A stretch of 64,000 nt of DNA from Octopus vulgaris (lineage: Eukaryota). The notes below the pieces were generated by a model. That model had not been told where the DNA came from. It did not search any database and saw nothing but the letters and a program-made list of their open reading frames with translations. The stretch spans positions 11,532,001-11,596,000 of the forward strand of contig OX597828.1 of the NCBI GenBank assembly GCA_951406725.2, given 5' to 3'. The position numbers were made by a program, and so were the translations under genes. Positions 13,006 through 26,100 of this stretch are shown here, piece by piece. The stretch's first letter is position 1, and every line of letters begins with the position of its first letter.

Positions 13006-13972
13006 ATTCTTTTTTTCTTTTTTTTATAGGAAAGGAAACCTGTGCAGGGAGTCTATAGAGGATACAGATCTCATAAGAATGACCTTCTATTGAAGTTGTG
13101 TCACAGTAAGAATAAAGTATGGAACAAAAATAGCTGCACTAAGTTGGTTTATGAAGGAGTGATCAAGTTCAGAGAAATGAAAGTCTCTGTTGCAGAGATG
13201 GAAACAGATTTGGGTCATACCTCCAGATTTAGGATAACTACCCACTCACCATCTTTCTCTCACTAGTCTTGGATCCCTTCAAAAAGGCCATGAATATTAT
13301 CCCTCAACCTTTGGCTAAGCCATTAGCAAGACAACAACAACAAAAATTGATGTAGGGTAAAACTTAAAAACTGCGTACAGTTGACTGGAAAAGTACTAAA
13401 TAATTCTTGCTGCAAAAAATGTGCTTGTTTTGTTTGATAGACTGGATTCTTACTCATTCAACTGACATATGAAAATGGTTGTGTATTCCACTGACAAGTG
13501 TACCCACAGTATAATTGTTGGGTAGAGCCAATATGGCAAAGCTGGAGACTGGAATGCAAGCTGAGGAAGAAAGAATGAAAGAAAGACAGAGAGAGAGAGA
13601 GAAACAAGAATTAACTCCAGTACTGGGCCAATGTTCTATTTATCAACTGCCAAGAACGAAAAACAAAGTTGATCTCAGTAGAGTTCGAACTCAGAATGCA
13701 GACAGGTAGAACAAATGCAGCACGGTATTCTACCCAAAGCTCAAACAACTCTGCCAGTTTACCTCCTCATATATCGAAATACAACAAATACAAATGACAA
13801 ACTCCATGGTAACATGCCTCCACCCAACCCCCACAGCACATAGACATATACAGAAACATGAAAAATACAAACAAAACTCAGTTGAACATAAGTATTACAA
13901 TATGATAGTTAAGTTCCAGATTTCTAATTCATGTGAACATAGAAGGTTGATAGTGTGTGGAGAAATACTTAC

Positions 13973-14066
13973 CGTTATAGTAGAAATAATGTCAGATGCT
14001 GTTTGAGTGCAGAGAGCATTACGGAATTGTTGTATTCGTGAAGAAGAAGTGTAGGTTACCCAAATT
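13973..14066 (-). CDS. COG1: COG1 internal exon (94 nt, phase 2/0): IWVTYTSSSRIQQFRNALCTQTASDIISTIT
   Basis: Acceptor tattttcattccag, donor gtaagt; resembles recalled VWSSAVVKVLIHGFTQSLLLDDAGSVLATAT. Confidence 0.88.
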
Positions 14067-15055
14067 CTGGAATGAAAATATATACATATAAATGTTATTG
14101 CTTTTTCTTATTGTCAGTGCAGGTGCCACTTATAAGCACCTAGTCCACACTGTAAAGTGGTTGGTGTTTGGAAGGGCATCCAGCTGTAACAACCTTGCCA
14201 AAACTGACCTCGCCTGTGCTTGTGCCATGTAAAAAGCACTAAGTCCACTCTGCTGAGTTGTTAGTGTTGGGAAGGGCATCCAGCTGTAAAAATCCTGCCA
14301 AAACAGTCGCAGAAGTTTGGGGCAGGCTTCGGCCTGGCTGGCTCTTGTAGAACCATCCCACCCATGCTAGCATGGAAGATGAACATTAAACGATAATGAT
14401 GATAATGTTTTTGTAGGAGAGGATGATGGACAGGTAGAATTGTTAGCATGTTGGACAAAATACTAAACAGCATTTCATCAGGGTCTTTATATGCTGAGCT
14501 CAATTTCTGTTGAGGTCAACGTACCTCTTTCATCCTTCTAAGGTAAATAAAATAACGAACTAATTGAAGACTTGGGTTGACTGGATTGCCAAGGACTCCT
14601 CAAAACTGTAGACTTTGTGCTTAGATCAGAAACTGTTATTATTACAGTTGTTAAGATGACAATCTGGCAGAACAAAATTCATGTTTTCAGTTCAGATTCT
14701 GTCAAAGTCTACTTTGCCTTTCATCCTTTCAAGGTTGAAAAAAGAAGGACCAGCCAAGTACTTGGCCCTGTGCCAAAATTTGTAACTATTATTATTACTG
14801 TTGTTGTTGTTATTGGCAAGATAGCTTGGCAACGCTTGTCCGTTCTAGCTTTACATTCTGAGTTCAAATTCTGCCATGGCCAACTTTGCCTTTCAATCTT
14901 TCTGGGTCAATAAAATAAAGTAGCAGGGGTGAATGCAAGCAATTTACCCCTTAGCTGAAATTACTGAGCTTGTGCTAAAACTTGAAACCATTATTATTAT
15001 TATGATTATTATTATTAAGGTGGCAAGCTGGCAGAATCATTAGCACACTGGGCGT

Positions 15056-15082
15056 GCTATATATATATATATATATATATAT

Positions 15083-15137
<55 letters not shown>

Positions 15138-15434
15138 CATATATATCATCATCATCATCACCATCATCATCATTTAGCGTCCGCTTTCCATGCTAGCATG
15201 GGTTGGATGGTTCAACTGGGGTCTGTGGAGCCAGAAGGCTGCATCAGGCCCAGTCTGATCTGGCAGTGTTTCTACGCCTGGATGCCCTTCCTAACGCCAA
15301 CCACTCCATGAGTGTAGTGGGTGCTTTTTACGTGCCACCGGCACAGGGGCCAGGCGAGGCTGGCAACAGCCACGATCGGATGGTGCTTTTTACGTGCCAC
15401 CAGCAAATATATAGATAGATACATATATAGATAG

Positions 15435-15485
<51 letters not shown>

Positions 15486-15619
15486 CATATATATAGATAT
15501 AGGATACATACACACACACACATATATATGCGTACATATACACGTGCACACACACACGCGCATCCATATATATACACACACACACATATATATATACACG
15601 TAGATAGATAAATAGATAG

Positions 15620-15660
<41 letters not shown>

Positions 15661-15671
15661 TAGATATACAT

Positions 15672-15704
<33 letters not shown>

Positions 15705-15714
15705 CAGATGCATA

Positions 15715-15755
<41 letters not shown>

Positions 15756-15792
15756 ATATATATTTACATGTACACATATACATATATATATA
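15056..15792. repeat. Compound (TA)n/(GATA)n/(CA)n microsatellites around a family F fragment; similar blocks at 121-300, 4150-4470, 41750-41816, 42420-42665, 43680-44120, 44725-44835, 59145-59510
   Basis: Direct inspection. Confidence 0.95.
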
Positions 15793-16244
15793 TTGTTGTA
15801 AACATTAGGCAAAATAAAACATGATGCATAAGCAAAAGCGTGTAAGCTAATGAAGTTCATTGCATAAAATCTTGCAGTCATTTATTAAATTTAAATATGA
15901 ATACACACACACACACGAACAGGCCAGCGCATTCAGCTCATGATCAATCGTAAGGCTGTGACTTCAATTCCCCATGGCACATTGTGCTTAAGCAAGATGC
16001 TTTCTTTCACATTGCTCCAGTGCACTCAACCAGCAAAAACGAGTTGTACATGCAATTGAAAGAGCCAGCCTGAAGTAGTGTCTGGCTCAATCGCTCTGAG
16101 AACTGCATTTATACATGTCTGAGGAGTCTTAGCCACTTGTATGTTAATTTCCCAAGCAGGCTGTTTCGCTGGTCAAATCAACGGGAACACCTGACATCAT
16201 AACAGACAGAGGAGCCAGGTGATATATATATGTATATACATATA

Positions 16245-16359
16245 ATTATAATTTAGGGTATCTGTGAGATACCACCATGCTGAAAATAGCAGCCAAAACC
16301 TGACTCTAAAGCCGCTATTTTCAGCGTGGTGGTATCTCTCAGATACCCTAAATTATAAT
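16245..16359. repeat. Near-perfect hairpin, 49-bp arms, 17-nt loop
   Basis: attataatttagggtatctgtgagataccaccatgctgaaaatagcagc / gccgctattttcagcgtggtggtatctctcagataccctaaattataat, 3 mismatches. Confidence 0.9.
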
Positions 16360-16467
16360 CTTAAATAATTATTACCATTGAAAGGTTTTTATTCCCATGC
16401 TGGTCACTTCATAAGATTGATATTTAAATATCGATCTTATCCTTATATATATGTATGTGTGTGTGTA

Positions 16468-16518
<51 letters not shown>

Positions 16519-17090
16519 TCACACACACACATCTCTCTGTATATATGCAGATATAGGCATTCACACAGGTCAATTTTTGAAACAGCCTAATAGCTAATAG
16601 GAAAATTACAGAAATAGTAAAGGCTAATATTTGAAATAAGGTTATAGGAAGCTAAACTATAGGTTATTGTTTAAAACAGATTTATAAAGAAACCTATAGA
16701 ACCAGGTCATGTTTAAATTAGGTTCATAATGGAATGATAGAATAAGGTGATGTTTCAAATAGAATAACAGGAAAATTATAGGATATGCAAATACTCGAAA
16801 TGGGCTTAGAAGAAAACTATGGTATACAACAGGTGAATGGTTGGGACAATCTGAAAGTGAAATTATAGAATAGACTAATGCTTCAAGTAAAACCTTAAGG
16901 AGGCTCCACAACAGGTTCTCACCTGAAATAGGCTTACAGGCGGGAAGTGTATGACAGGATAATTGTTTTGAAACTGGTTAATGCTAAGGTTATAGACTAT
17001 GGTAATACATGAAGCGGCTAACAGCAAAACTGCAGACTAGGCTAACGGTTAGAAATTAAGAAATGTAAGAGTAACATATCAGTTACTTAC

Positions 17091-17183
17091 TGGCAGGAAT
17101 CCAGGTGACGTTCCGATAACATGGACTGGATATTTTCCCAGGCACTGTCAACTGGTGTAGCTTTACTTTTCAATGTGTGTAAC
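17091..17183 (-). CDS. COG1: COG1 internal exon (93 nt, phase 2/2): LHTLKSKATPVDSAWENIQSMLSERHLDSC(Q)
   Basis: Acceptor ctctttctcaaacag, donor gtaagt; open in the required phase. Confidence 0.88.
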
Positions 17184-17535
17184 CTGTTTGAGAAAGAGAT
17201 AAAGGTAGATACAGGGGAAGGTTTTATTCGAGGTCTATACACACACACACATATAGAATACAAATCATAAAGTCATCAATAAAATAAAGTGAACTAAAGT
17301 TTCTGGGGAGACAGATCGTTCCAAGTGAAAACTGGCAACTGACCAAAATTTTAGCCACAAAGGAGTTCTAGGTGGAACATAGTTGACCTCTGAGGTTACC
17401 AATGTGAGAGATTAAGTAGAAGAATCATAATAAAACTGTAGAAAAATCACTGATTCAGAGAAATAAGTAAATTGGGCTGATATTGATATGAGTATTTACA
17501 TGAATTTAATAGTGAAAGAAGATGGAGATGTTCAC

Positions 17536-17568
<33 letters not shown>

Positions 17569-19504
17569 GGAGAAAGGCAAAGTGACAGACAGAGAACCAA
17601 AACTGATTCCTTTCCAAAGACTCTAAAGAGAAGGATAAGATAAATATAAACACTGAAGAAAAGTTGTATAACTAAACAAAAAGAAAGAAAGTCACAAGCA
17701 ATGTATTCTGAATTAACTGTTAAGATTTTTTATAAAATGATTGGAGACATCAGGTGCAAGGTATGGTTGTGTGGTTAAGGGGTTTGCTTTGCAGCCACTT
17801 GATCCTGGGTTCAGTCTCACTGCATGGCATCTTCGCAAAATGTCTTCTACCATAGCCTGAAGCCAAGCAATGCCTTGTTAATGAAACTGGTAGATGGAAG
17901 AGCATCCACCCATAAAAACTATGTCACAACAGACAGTCAGAGTTTGGACGGTTCCCTGCTAGCCAGCTCCAGGTCAAACAGTCCAAACCCATGCCAGCAT
18001 GGAGAGCAGACATTAAATAATGATGATGATGATGATGAAACTGTGAAGAATGCAATTTATACATATGAACATCCATGCATACATGTGTATATGCATGCTT
18101 TTGTAGGGGGTCTATCACTGCTTTTTACCATTGGAAACAAAAATGTGTTTGTATATATATTCTGTAACTTAGCAGTGCAACAAATAGAAATGACTAAAAT
18201 GAGTAGCAAACTTAAAACTAAGTACTGGGGTCAATGCAATCAACTAAATTCCTCAAAGCAGTACCTTAGCATGGTCGCAGTCCAATGACTGAAACAAGTA
18301 AAGAATGAAAATGTAAAAAACAAAAAAATTCCATATAACAATTTGAGAAAGTAAAGAAAGCCAGGCTCTCCAGTCAGTTGGAAAATGATAGATAACACGG
18401 CTTTGTGAGTCAGTCTGTTTCTCTTCTCTCTCTCAAATTGGCCCTAATGATGTTTAATCTTATTTACAAGCTAAATCTTGCTGGAAAGTCCCAAAGAAGA
18501 GATCAATATCAAGGCACTGGTTAAAGGTTATCATCATCGAATTTGAAAAGATATTATACTTTAAATCTTTCTTGTTTGAATAGAACCTACAAGGTGGCAG
18601 GGGTGGTGTGGGGTTTGGCAGGGTGCTTCATTAAAGCCAGCACAACAACAACAACAACAGCAATTTTAACTGTTAAACACATTCTTTTCGCAGTGCATAC
18701 CATTAATTTATTCTCCCCTACCCGACTCTGGTAGACTACACAAGACCTTCATTCAGCCATTCAATTTAGCTGAAGCAATAGAAAGAAAGACAAACAGAGG
18801 GAGACGGCAAGTAAACTTATAACAGATTCCATTTGAAATTAAACAGTATATATATAAAAGTAGAAAGTGGTGACATTATCAGGTATACGTCAGAAAATCT
18901 AATTCCGAATCTTCAAGGTTAAGAATGTTCAATAGCATTTACAGCTTTCTGCATGGATAGCTGACAGAGTGAAGGTGAAAGAGAAATTTATTCTGTAAAT
19001 AAGTAAAACTTTATCAATAAAAGAAATGCTTTCAAATAAAGAGTCAAAGAAGTGCCACAAGATGTCATATCAGAGAAGAATCAATTGGGTCAAAGTGCAT
19101 GGTAAAGCAATTCTCAAAGACAGTCGACAATCAATATAATCTTCACAGCAGGCTAGAAGTGCGAATCAGCAATGATCACAAGAGTGTTACAATTAAATGT
19201 AATCTATTGAATGTTGAGAAAGCAGCCAGACAAAACAAAGATTTAACCTCTTCCCCCAGACAAAATAATGAAAACCTTAAATTTATTTAGAGTTGCCAAT
19301 AGCTAGGCTAAGTAGGTAAGTTACCACTTACAAGGCTTTTTGGTCAGGAGTTCATATTCTGTTAGTCAATTTCAGCATTGTAAGTCTGCTTCAGTCAAGA
19401 GTGAGGAAATTTTTATTTATACCAGGGACAAATTAACAACCTGGGAAGTGGGGAACATAAGTGCTAAGAAAAATAAAGAACCTTGAAACCTTTTGCATTC
19501 AGAT

Positions 19505-19925
19505 AGGCGCTGGTGTGGCTGTGTGGTAAGAAGCTTGCTTCCCAACCACATTGCTCTGGGTTCAGTCTCACTGTGTGTCACCTTGTGCAAGTCCCTTCTA
19601 CCTTAGCCTCGGGCCAATCAAAGTCTTGGGAGTGGATTTGGTAGATGGAAATTGAAAGAAGCCTGTCATATCTATCCGTATGCATATCTATGTGTGTGTG
19701 TCTTTGTCACTGTGTTTGTCCCCAACCTGTTCGACAACCGGTGTTGGTGTGTCTACATCCCCATAACTTAGCAGTTTGGCAAAAGAAACCAAGAGAATAA
19801 GTACCAGGCTTTAAGAAAAATAAGTACTGGAATCGATTCATTCAACTAAAAAATTCTTCAAGACAGTGCCCCCGCATGGCCACAGTCTAATGACTGAAAC
19901 AAGTAAAAGATAAAAGATAAAAAGA
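19505..19925 (+). mobile_element. SINE family A
   Basis: Full head to gataaaa tail. Confidence 0.88.
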
Positions 19926-20029
19926 TTATTCTGCCAGGTAAAATGCTTATTCACATTGTTTTGAATTAATCATGATTATTTCATACCTTTCAGATTTCAA
20001 TGATGTGGCTGTTCATATTCTTAACAACA

Positions 20030-20555
20030 TAACCTCGTGGCCTAGGCCAGGGGTGTAACCAGCCCACTTATGCATACCTTTCCTTCATTGGACACTAAAC
20101 CCTGCTTGTGAAGACCTGCTGAGGCAGGTGAAATTGAAATTAAATTTGATGACAAGTGCTAGTGGAGCGCTAAGAGCCCCATCCGAGCATGATCGTTGCT
20201 ATCGCGGCTAACCGGCTTCCGTGCCAGTGACACGTAAAAAGCACCATTCGAGCGTGATTATTACCAGCATCGCCTTACTGGCATGTGAAAAGACATTTGA
20301 GCGAGGTCGCTGCCAGTGCCGCTGGACTGGCTCCTGTGCAGGTGGTATGTAAAAAACACCATTTGAGCATGGCCGTTGCCAGTACCACCTGACTGGCCCT
20401 CATGCCGGTTGGCGTTAGGAAGGGCAACCAGCTGTAGAAACACTGCCAGATCGGACTGGAGCCTGGCGCAGCCTCCTGGCTTCCCAGACCCCAGTCAAAC
20501 CATTCAACCCATGCTAGCATGGAAAATGGACATTAAACGATGATGACGATGATAC
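20030..20555 (+). mobile_element. Repeat family F: internal ~60-bp tandem units (gtggcacgtaaaaagcaccat..) then ttggcgttaggaagggcatccagctgtagaaac...catggaaagcggacgttaaacg(atg)n tail
   Basis: Other copies at 14110-14405, 15147-15405, 22160-22630, 33920-34130, 37135-37305, 38135-38310, 39735-39950, 49315-49647, 52436-52865, 61000-61200, 62155-62325, 62820-63110; mostly 5'-truncated with (ATG)n tails, as expected for TPRT. Confidence 0.85.
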
Positions 20556-21050
20556 ATTCAATAGGCTTTTTACGGTTTCCATCTACCAAATATACTCACA
20601 AGATTTTGATCAGCCCTAGGTTATAGAAAAAACTTGCTCAAAGTGGTACACAGAAGGACTGAACCTAAACCGTTGTAGTAGGAAAGCAAACTTCTCGTGA
20701 TCTATCATGATCTAATAAGTACAATTCCAAAGGACTGCTGAAATACCACCCTACACTCCACACTGGTTAAATATTACTAGTTTTACTACTAATCATCTCG
20801 CTTAAAATGTTCTCTATTCCAAGCAGTGTGGTATAGCTTTTATAAAGACAAGATGGTGTTAAATTTCTCAATCCTCGTACAATCTTAGTTGATTAAATAT
20901 GGAATCAATAAATATACATGATTAATGCATTGCAGAATTTTGGAACTTGCTAATCTATCTGAAATGTGCATAAGCTGATTAAACAATGTACAATTTTCCA
21001 TTCTTTAGTGTGTGTGGTGTATGTATGTATATATATATATATATATATAT

Positions 21051-21530
21051 ATCTGTAAATATAATATGTGACAATTATTCGGTAGCGAAGATAAAACTCT
21101 GAGTTTCGGATGCCGAGGTGGAAATCCACACCATCATCTCTTCAGTTATCCGGCCATCGGAAAAACGGTATGAAAAAAGACAGTTATACAAAGGAAAATT
21201 ACATGGGTGTGCGAGCGCACATGTGTACGTATGAACAGGCGCACTTACACGTTTACCTTAATTAGCGGTCTTTCGAATTAGCGCTTTCGTATATATAGCA
21301 GTCTATAACACAGTAATTTCCCTTTGTAATAACGGTCTTTTTTCATAGCGTTTTTCTGATGGCCAGATAACTGAAGAGATGGCGGCGTGGATTTCTACCT
21401 CAGCATCCAAAACTCAGAGTTTTATCTTGGCTACCGAATAACTGTCACATATTATATTTACAGATAAATTCCTCTATTTACATAATATTGATGTCTGTCT
21501 CTTTCTTTTGTTATCTTACCGTTTTTACCA
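21051..21530. mobile_element. Fold-back element in (TA)n with ~150-bp inverted arms, each carrying a hammerhead-like motif (Penelope-like non-autonomous)
   Basis: Arms 21051-21202 and 21313-21465; right arm extends ~65 bp further to a (TA)n tract; GATAA-CTGAAGA-stem-GAAACTC-A-GAGT-T-TTATC. Confidence 0.75.
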
Positions 21531-21561
<31 letters not shown>

Positions 21562-21806
21562 GAGTGACCCAGTGGGCTTCTTTGATTTCCCCTCTACCAA
21601 ATTCATTCACAAGACTTTGGTCAGCCCTAGGTTATAGCAAAAGACACTTGCCCAAATGCCACACAGAGAGACTGAACCCAAATCCATGTGGTAGGGAAGC
21701 AGACATATCAACCACACAGCCATGCCCCACAATAACATTCAATACAACAAAAACAAAAAGTTTATACAAAAATAATACTACCATTACCACTACTAAGACT
21801 ACGTAC

Positions 21807-21905
21807 TTTATCTCTTTCTCTGAGTTTTCAACAGCCGTGATGCAGTTGTACAAATGAGGGCAAAGGTCAGTTAATGCGTAGCAGAAGCGTCCGACCAATA
21901 TCACT
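21807..21905 (-). CDS. COG1: COG1 internal exon (99 nt, phase 2/2): VILVGRFCYALTDLCPHLYNCITAVENSEKEI(K)
   Basis: Acceptor tttatattttcag, donor gtacgt; LCPHL..CI motif of COG1. Confidence 0.92.
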
Positions 21906-22890
21906 CTGAAAATATAAAGCAGAAAGTAGCTCTTAACGAAACATGCAAAGACAACAAAATCTACATGATGGAGGTAGTGACAGGTTAACGGTTGAGAAAT
22001 GGCCTACGATGGTAGTAGCAATGGTGGGGGTTACTGTTGCATAGGTGCATGGACCCCCCAGGAATAAGCCTAGTAACGCTTTTCAGGTTTAGAAAATAAT
22101 GAGTAAATAGTTATCTGTAAAAAGTACCTTGAATTAGGTTTCTTCACAAAGAACACAGAACATCGTCATCATCATCATTGTTTAACGTCCGCTTTCCATG
22201 CTAGCATGGGTTGGACGATTTGACTGAGGTCTGGCAAACCAGATGGCTGCAGCAGGCTCTAATCTGATCCGGCAGAGTTTCTACAGCTGGATGCCCTTCC
22301 TAATGCCAACCACTCCGAGAGTGTAGTGGGTGCTTTTACGTGCCACCGGCATGAGGGCCAGTCAGGTAGTACAGGGAACGGTCATGCTCAAATGGTGCTT
22401 TTTATGTGCCACTTGCACAGGAGCCAGTTCAGCGGCACTGGCAACGACCTCGCTCAAATGTTTTTTCACGTACCACCAGCACAAGTGCCAGTAAGGTGAC
22501 GCCGGTAACAATCACGCTTGTATGGTGCTTTTTACATGCTACCAGCACAGAAGCCAGTTTGTTGCTCTGGCTACAATCACGCTCGGATGGTACTCTTAGC
22601 GCTCCACTAGCACGAATGCCAGTCATCGAATTTGGAAAAAAATTTGGGGCCTGGGTGTGCACTCCCTAAGCAAATTTCATTCCTGAGCCAGTGCATAGGT
22701 GTTGAGAGACAATATTGATGGCAAGAGATTATGCTTGTAGAAGGAAATGCTGTTGATTACAGTGGTATGTGTAGTGGTATTGGTGGTTTGTAGTAGTATT
22801 GGTGTTTATAGTGGGATTGATGGTGATTCATTTAGAAAACAAGGAACAACATTTGTAGATGGGTAATTTGTAGTGGTGATGATTGACATA

Positions 22891-23451
22891 CAGGCTCTAG
22901 TCAAAAAGTATCAAGACTGTTGCTATGGTAACAGAACCAAAATACGCCAAGTCAAGCCACTTGGCTCAGATTGACCTTGAACTCTGTTGGACATGCACAC
23001 TAAGTTATAACTTTCTCACCCACTTCCATTGTTTACAGTAGTGTCTGGAAGTAAAGTGTGTAGGCTGTGGTCATCTCAAAAAGAAGATCGAGATTCAGCT
23101 GGACAGGATCTCGTTGATTGTATTGAGGAAGACAAAAACTTCTTGAAAATGGTCATAAAAAGGGACAAATAGTTAGCCTTTGGCTAGGACCTCAAAACCA
23201 AGACTCAGTCTTGGCAGTGGACAACCCCAACAAGATTGCAAGATGTTCAGGAAATCCAAGTGAATATCAGAAGATAGCAGCTCATTATTCCAAAACAGGA
23301 GTTCCAGGAATGCTTCTATCAACGGAAATGATGCTGGATAAAGTGAGTGGCTTCACAAGGAAACCACTTCAAAGAAGTGAATTGCTGAATTGATACGTTT
23401 TATAGTTTTCTTTTTCTAGCACCAGTCCTGATATTTTTTTATCAGACCTCA
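22891..23451 (+). mobile_element. Internally deleted, decayed mariner transposon
   Basis: Imperfect TIRs (caggctctagtcaaaaagtatcaagactg / cagtcctgatatttttttatcagacctc); remnant peptide QDLVDCIEEDKNFLKMVIKRDK*LAFG*DLKTKTQSWQWTTP resembles mariner ITGDETW..YDPETKxQSxQW; C-terminal FQECF..WDK..SQG.YFE-like remnant. Confidence 0.8.
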
Positions 23452-23808
23452 ATAATTTTTTTCTAATTTTGGCAGAAGGCCAACAGTTTTGAGAGGAAGA
23501 GGCAAGTCAGTGGCACCAACCCCAGTCCTTCACTGGTACTTATTTTATCAGCCCCCAAAAGGATGAACGTCAAACATGACTTTGATAGAATCTGAACACA
23601 GACCATAAAGATCTGAAAGAAATACCGCTCAATATTTTGTCCAACATGCTAATTCTGCCATCTTTAGTAATAATTATTACGATTACTAAAATAATAATAA
23701 CAATGATAATAATTACAAAAGTAGTTGTCATGAACATAGGCACAAGTCCAGCAATCTGAAAGGAAAGGTTAGGCAATGAACTCAACTCCCACAACAAATT
23801 CTTCTTAC

Positions 23809-23901
23809 TTGTTAATGGTGATTTCATTAGTGATCTGGTCTTGTATTTCTTCTAGAGACTTCTTCCATAGCTGCATTTGTTCACTGATATACTCCAGAAC
23901 C
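23809..23901 (-). CDS. COG1: COG1 internal exon (93 nt, phase 2/2): VLEYISEQMQLWKKSLEEIQDQITNEITIN(K)
   Basis: Acceptor after (CT)n tract ...cactctag, donor gtaaga; inside ORF 23805..23987; phase-compatible. Confidence 0.88.
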
Positions 23902-23979
23902 CTAGAGTGTGCGTGAGAGAGAGAGAGAGAGAGGATACAAAACAAACCAAACATAAATAGGTAAATAAACAAACATGAA

Positions 23980-24441
23980 TTAACCATTTCAGTACCAAAT
24001 TTTTGTTAAATTAAACTACCTTTCTTTCGATTAATTTTTAAAATAATGAAGAATTTATTAAAATATCTTTTAAATAGGGCACTGCCAATGGGCTGAACTA
24101 TACAGCTGAACTATAGACAGGAACTTTGTTGCAGGCTAGCTTGTAAACTGGTCTGCAGAGAGAAGGGACTTGTGGTAAGGCAGGAATGGAGACTGGGGAT
24201 TTAGATGGCCAATCGTACTCACCCCCACATTGTAGGTGATTGAAGCAAAATAAACAATATACTGACACACTCTTGTTTCAAATTATTTTCATGTATAACT
24301 TAACAAGATAGTCAAATGGGGTTTACAACAAAAATCAACATGAAATTTTGACAGAACATTTCAGCTTAGATCACTTCAAAATGTAAAGTTGCATCATAGA
24401 ACCTAGGGTGGTTTCAGGCAGGTTACTATCTAAAGGGTTAA
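23980..24441. mobile_element. TTAA-flanked (piggyBac-like) non-autonomous element; partial reverse copy at 61977-62156
   Basis: ttaaccattt...aaagggttaa ends; 24335-24441 is reverse-complementary to 61977-62095. Confidence 0.5.
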
Positions 24442-24469
24442 TAAAGGAAGGAATAAGGATCACAGTGAA

Positions 24470-24631
24470 GGCACAGGGGTGGCTATGTGGTAAGTAGCGT
24501 GCTTATGAGCCACATGGTTCTGGGTTCAGTCCCACTGCATGGCACCTTGGGCAAGTGTCTTCTACTATAGCCTCGGGCCAACCAAAGCCTTGTGAGTAGA
24601 TTTGGTAGACGGAAACTGAAAGAAGCCCGTC

Positions 24632-24670
<39 letters not shown>

Positions 24671-24890
24671 TGTGTGTGTATATGTTTGTGTGTCTGTGTT
24701 TGCCCCCTCAACATCACTTGACAACCGATGCTGGTGTGTTTACGTCCCCGTAACTTAGCGGTTCGGCAAAAGTGACCGATAGAATTAGTACTAGGCTTAC
24801 AAAGAATAAGTCCTGGAGTAGATTTGCTCAACTAAAGGCGGTGCTCCAGCATGGTCGCAGTCAAATGACTGAAACAAGTAAAAGACGTAA
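24470..24890 (+). mobile_element. SINE family A
   Basis: Full length, CpGs retained. Confidence 0.9.
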
Positions 24891-25364
24891 GCAAAACACA
24901 TTATCAGTAATACTACCACTGATGCACTACTGAAAACTAGATTTTGTAGCTGGCTTTCACCTCTGCAATCCTGGATATAGTGTCTCATAATTCCTCTCAA
25001 ATACTTCTTCTGCTTTGATTAACCTTTACTGGATGGAAAACAAGTACACCCAGTTCCATATATGTGCACTTGAGACATGGTAACCAAGGTGACTTGCCTT
25101 TGATAATGGAGTACTTTCCGGGTTTCTACACACTTCATATGTCATAGTATCTTTTATCTTCTACTTGTTTCAGTCACTAAACTGTGGCCATGCTGCAGCA
25201 CCGCCTTGAGGAAGTTTTAGTCAAATGAATTGAATCCAATATTGATTTTTTTAAAGCCTGGTACTTATTCTATCAGTCTCTTTGCTGAACCACTAAGTTG
25301 TAGGGATATAAACACACCAATACTACTTGTCAAGCAATGGGAGGGGACAGACACAAATACACAA

Positions 25365-25404
<40 letters not shown>

Positions 25405-25794
25405 AGTAAATAATATTATTTTTTGATGAGCTTAAGCTTATAAGCAATCACCGTGAATAATAATATTTGGGTTTTTTTCTATAAGCTTAAAGCTTGTAAG
25501 TGATCACTATGAAATAAGCTTATAAACAAATACTATTATTTACAGAATTGTAAAATTCTGCACTGCTTATCAAATCATCACAGCAAACGCATATGTGTGT
25601 GTGTATACACACACACACACACACATGATAGGCTTCTTTTAGTTTCTGTTTACCAACTTGGGTGGCTTAAGGTTATAGTAGAAGACATTTGCCCAAGGTG
25701 TCACAAAGTGGGACTGAACCCAGAACCATGTGGTTGGGAAGCAAGTTCTTACTACACAACCACTCCTGTACTTATACTTGTACTTGTGGCAACA

Positions 25795-26100
25795 TTCACC
25801 CTGGGCGGGTTGAGTCGGCTTCTTCTACCACCCTCGAGGCATCTCGGACCATGACAGTGGAAGGAGTTTCGTGGGAATACGAATTTCACAAGCGGTCCCC
25901 AACAATCCTGCATGTAGAGACATCCTGTTGGCCGCAGACGCGGGGATAGAACGACCGAGGAGCCACCGGTTGCCGAAACAGACACTCCGAGGATTTTCAC
26001 CAGAGTTGTGTCCCTAATACCACTCGGTGTCAGACCAATCCACCTTGAGTGACCCTACCAGGAACCAAAGTTCCCGACGGCATAGCTCTGACACTACCCG
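25795..26100 (-). mobile_element. GC/CpG-rich RTE-like LINE 5' fragment
   Basis: Minus strand agagctatgccgtcgggaactttggttcctggtagggtcactcaagg, the same motif class as 28040-28150; composition differs sharply from the flanks. Confidence 0.45.

Noticed and set aside
24503-24831. Recurrent peptide LSVSVYQIHSQGFG..EAIVEDTCPRCHAVGLNPEPCG in many ORFs
   Set aside because: Antisense translation of SINE family A, not a protein family.
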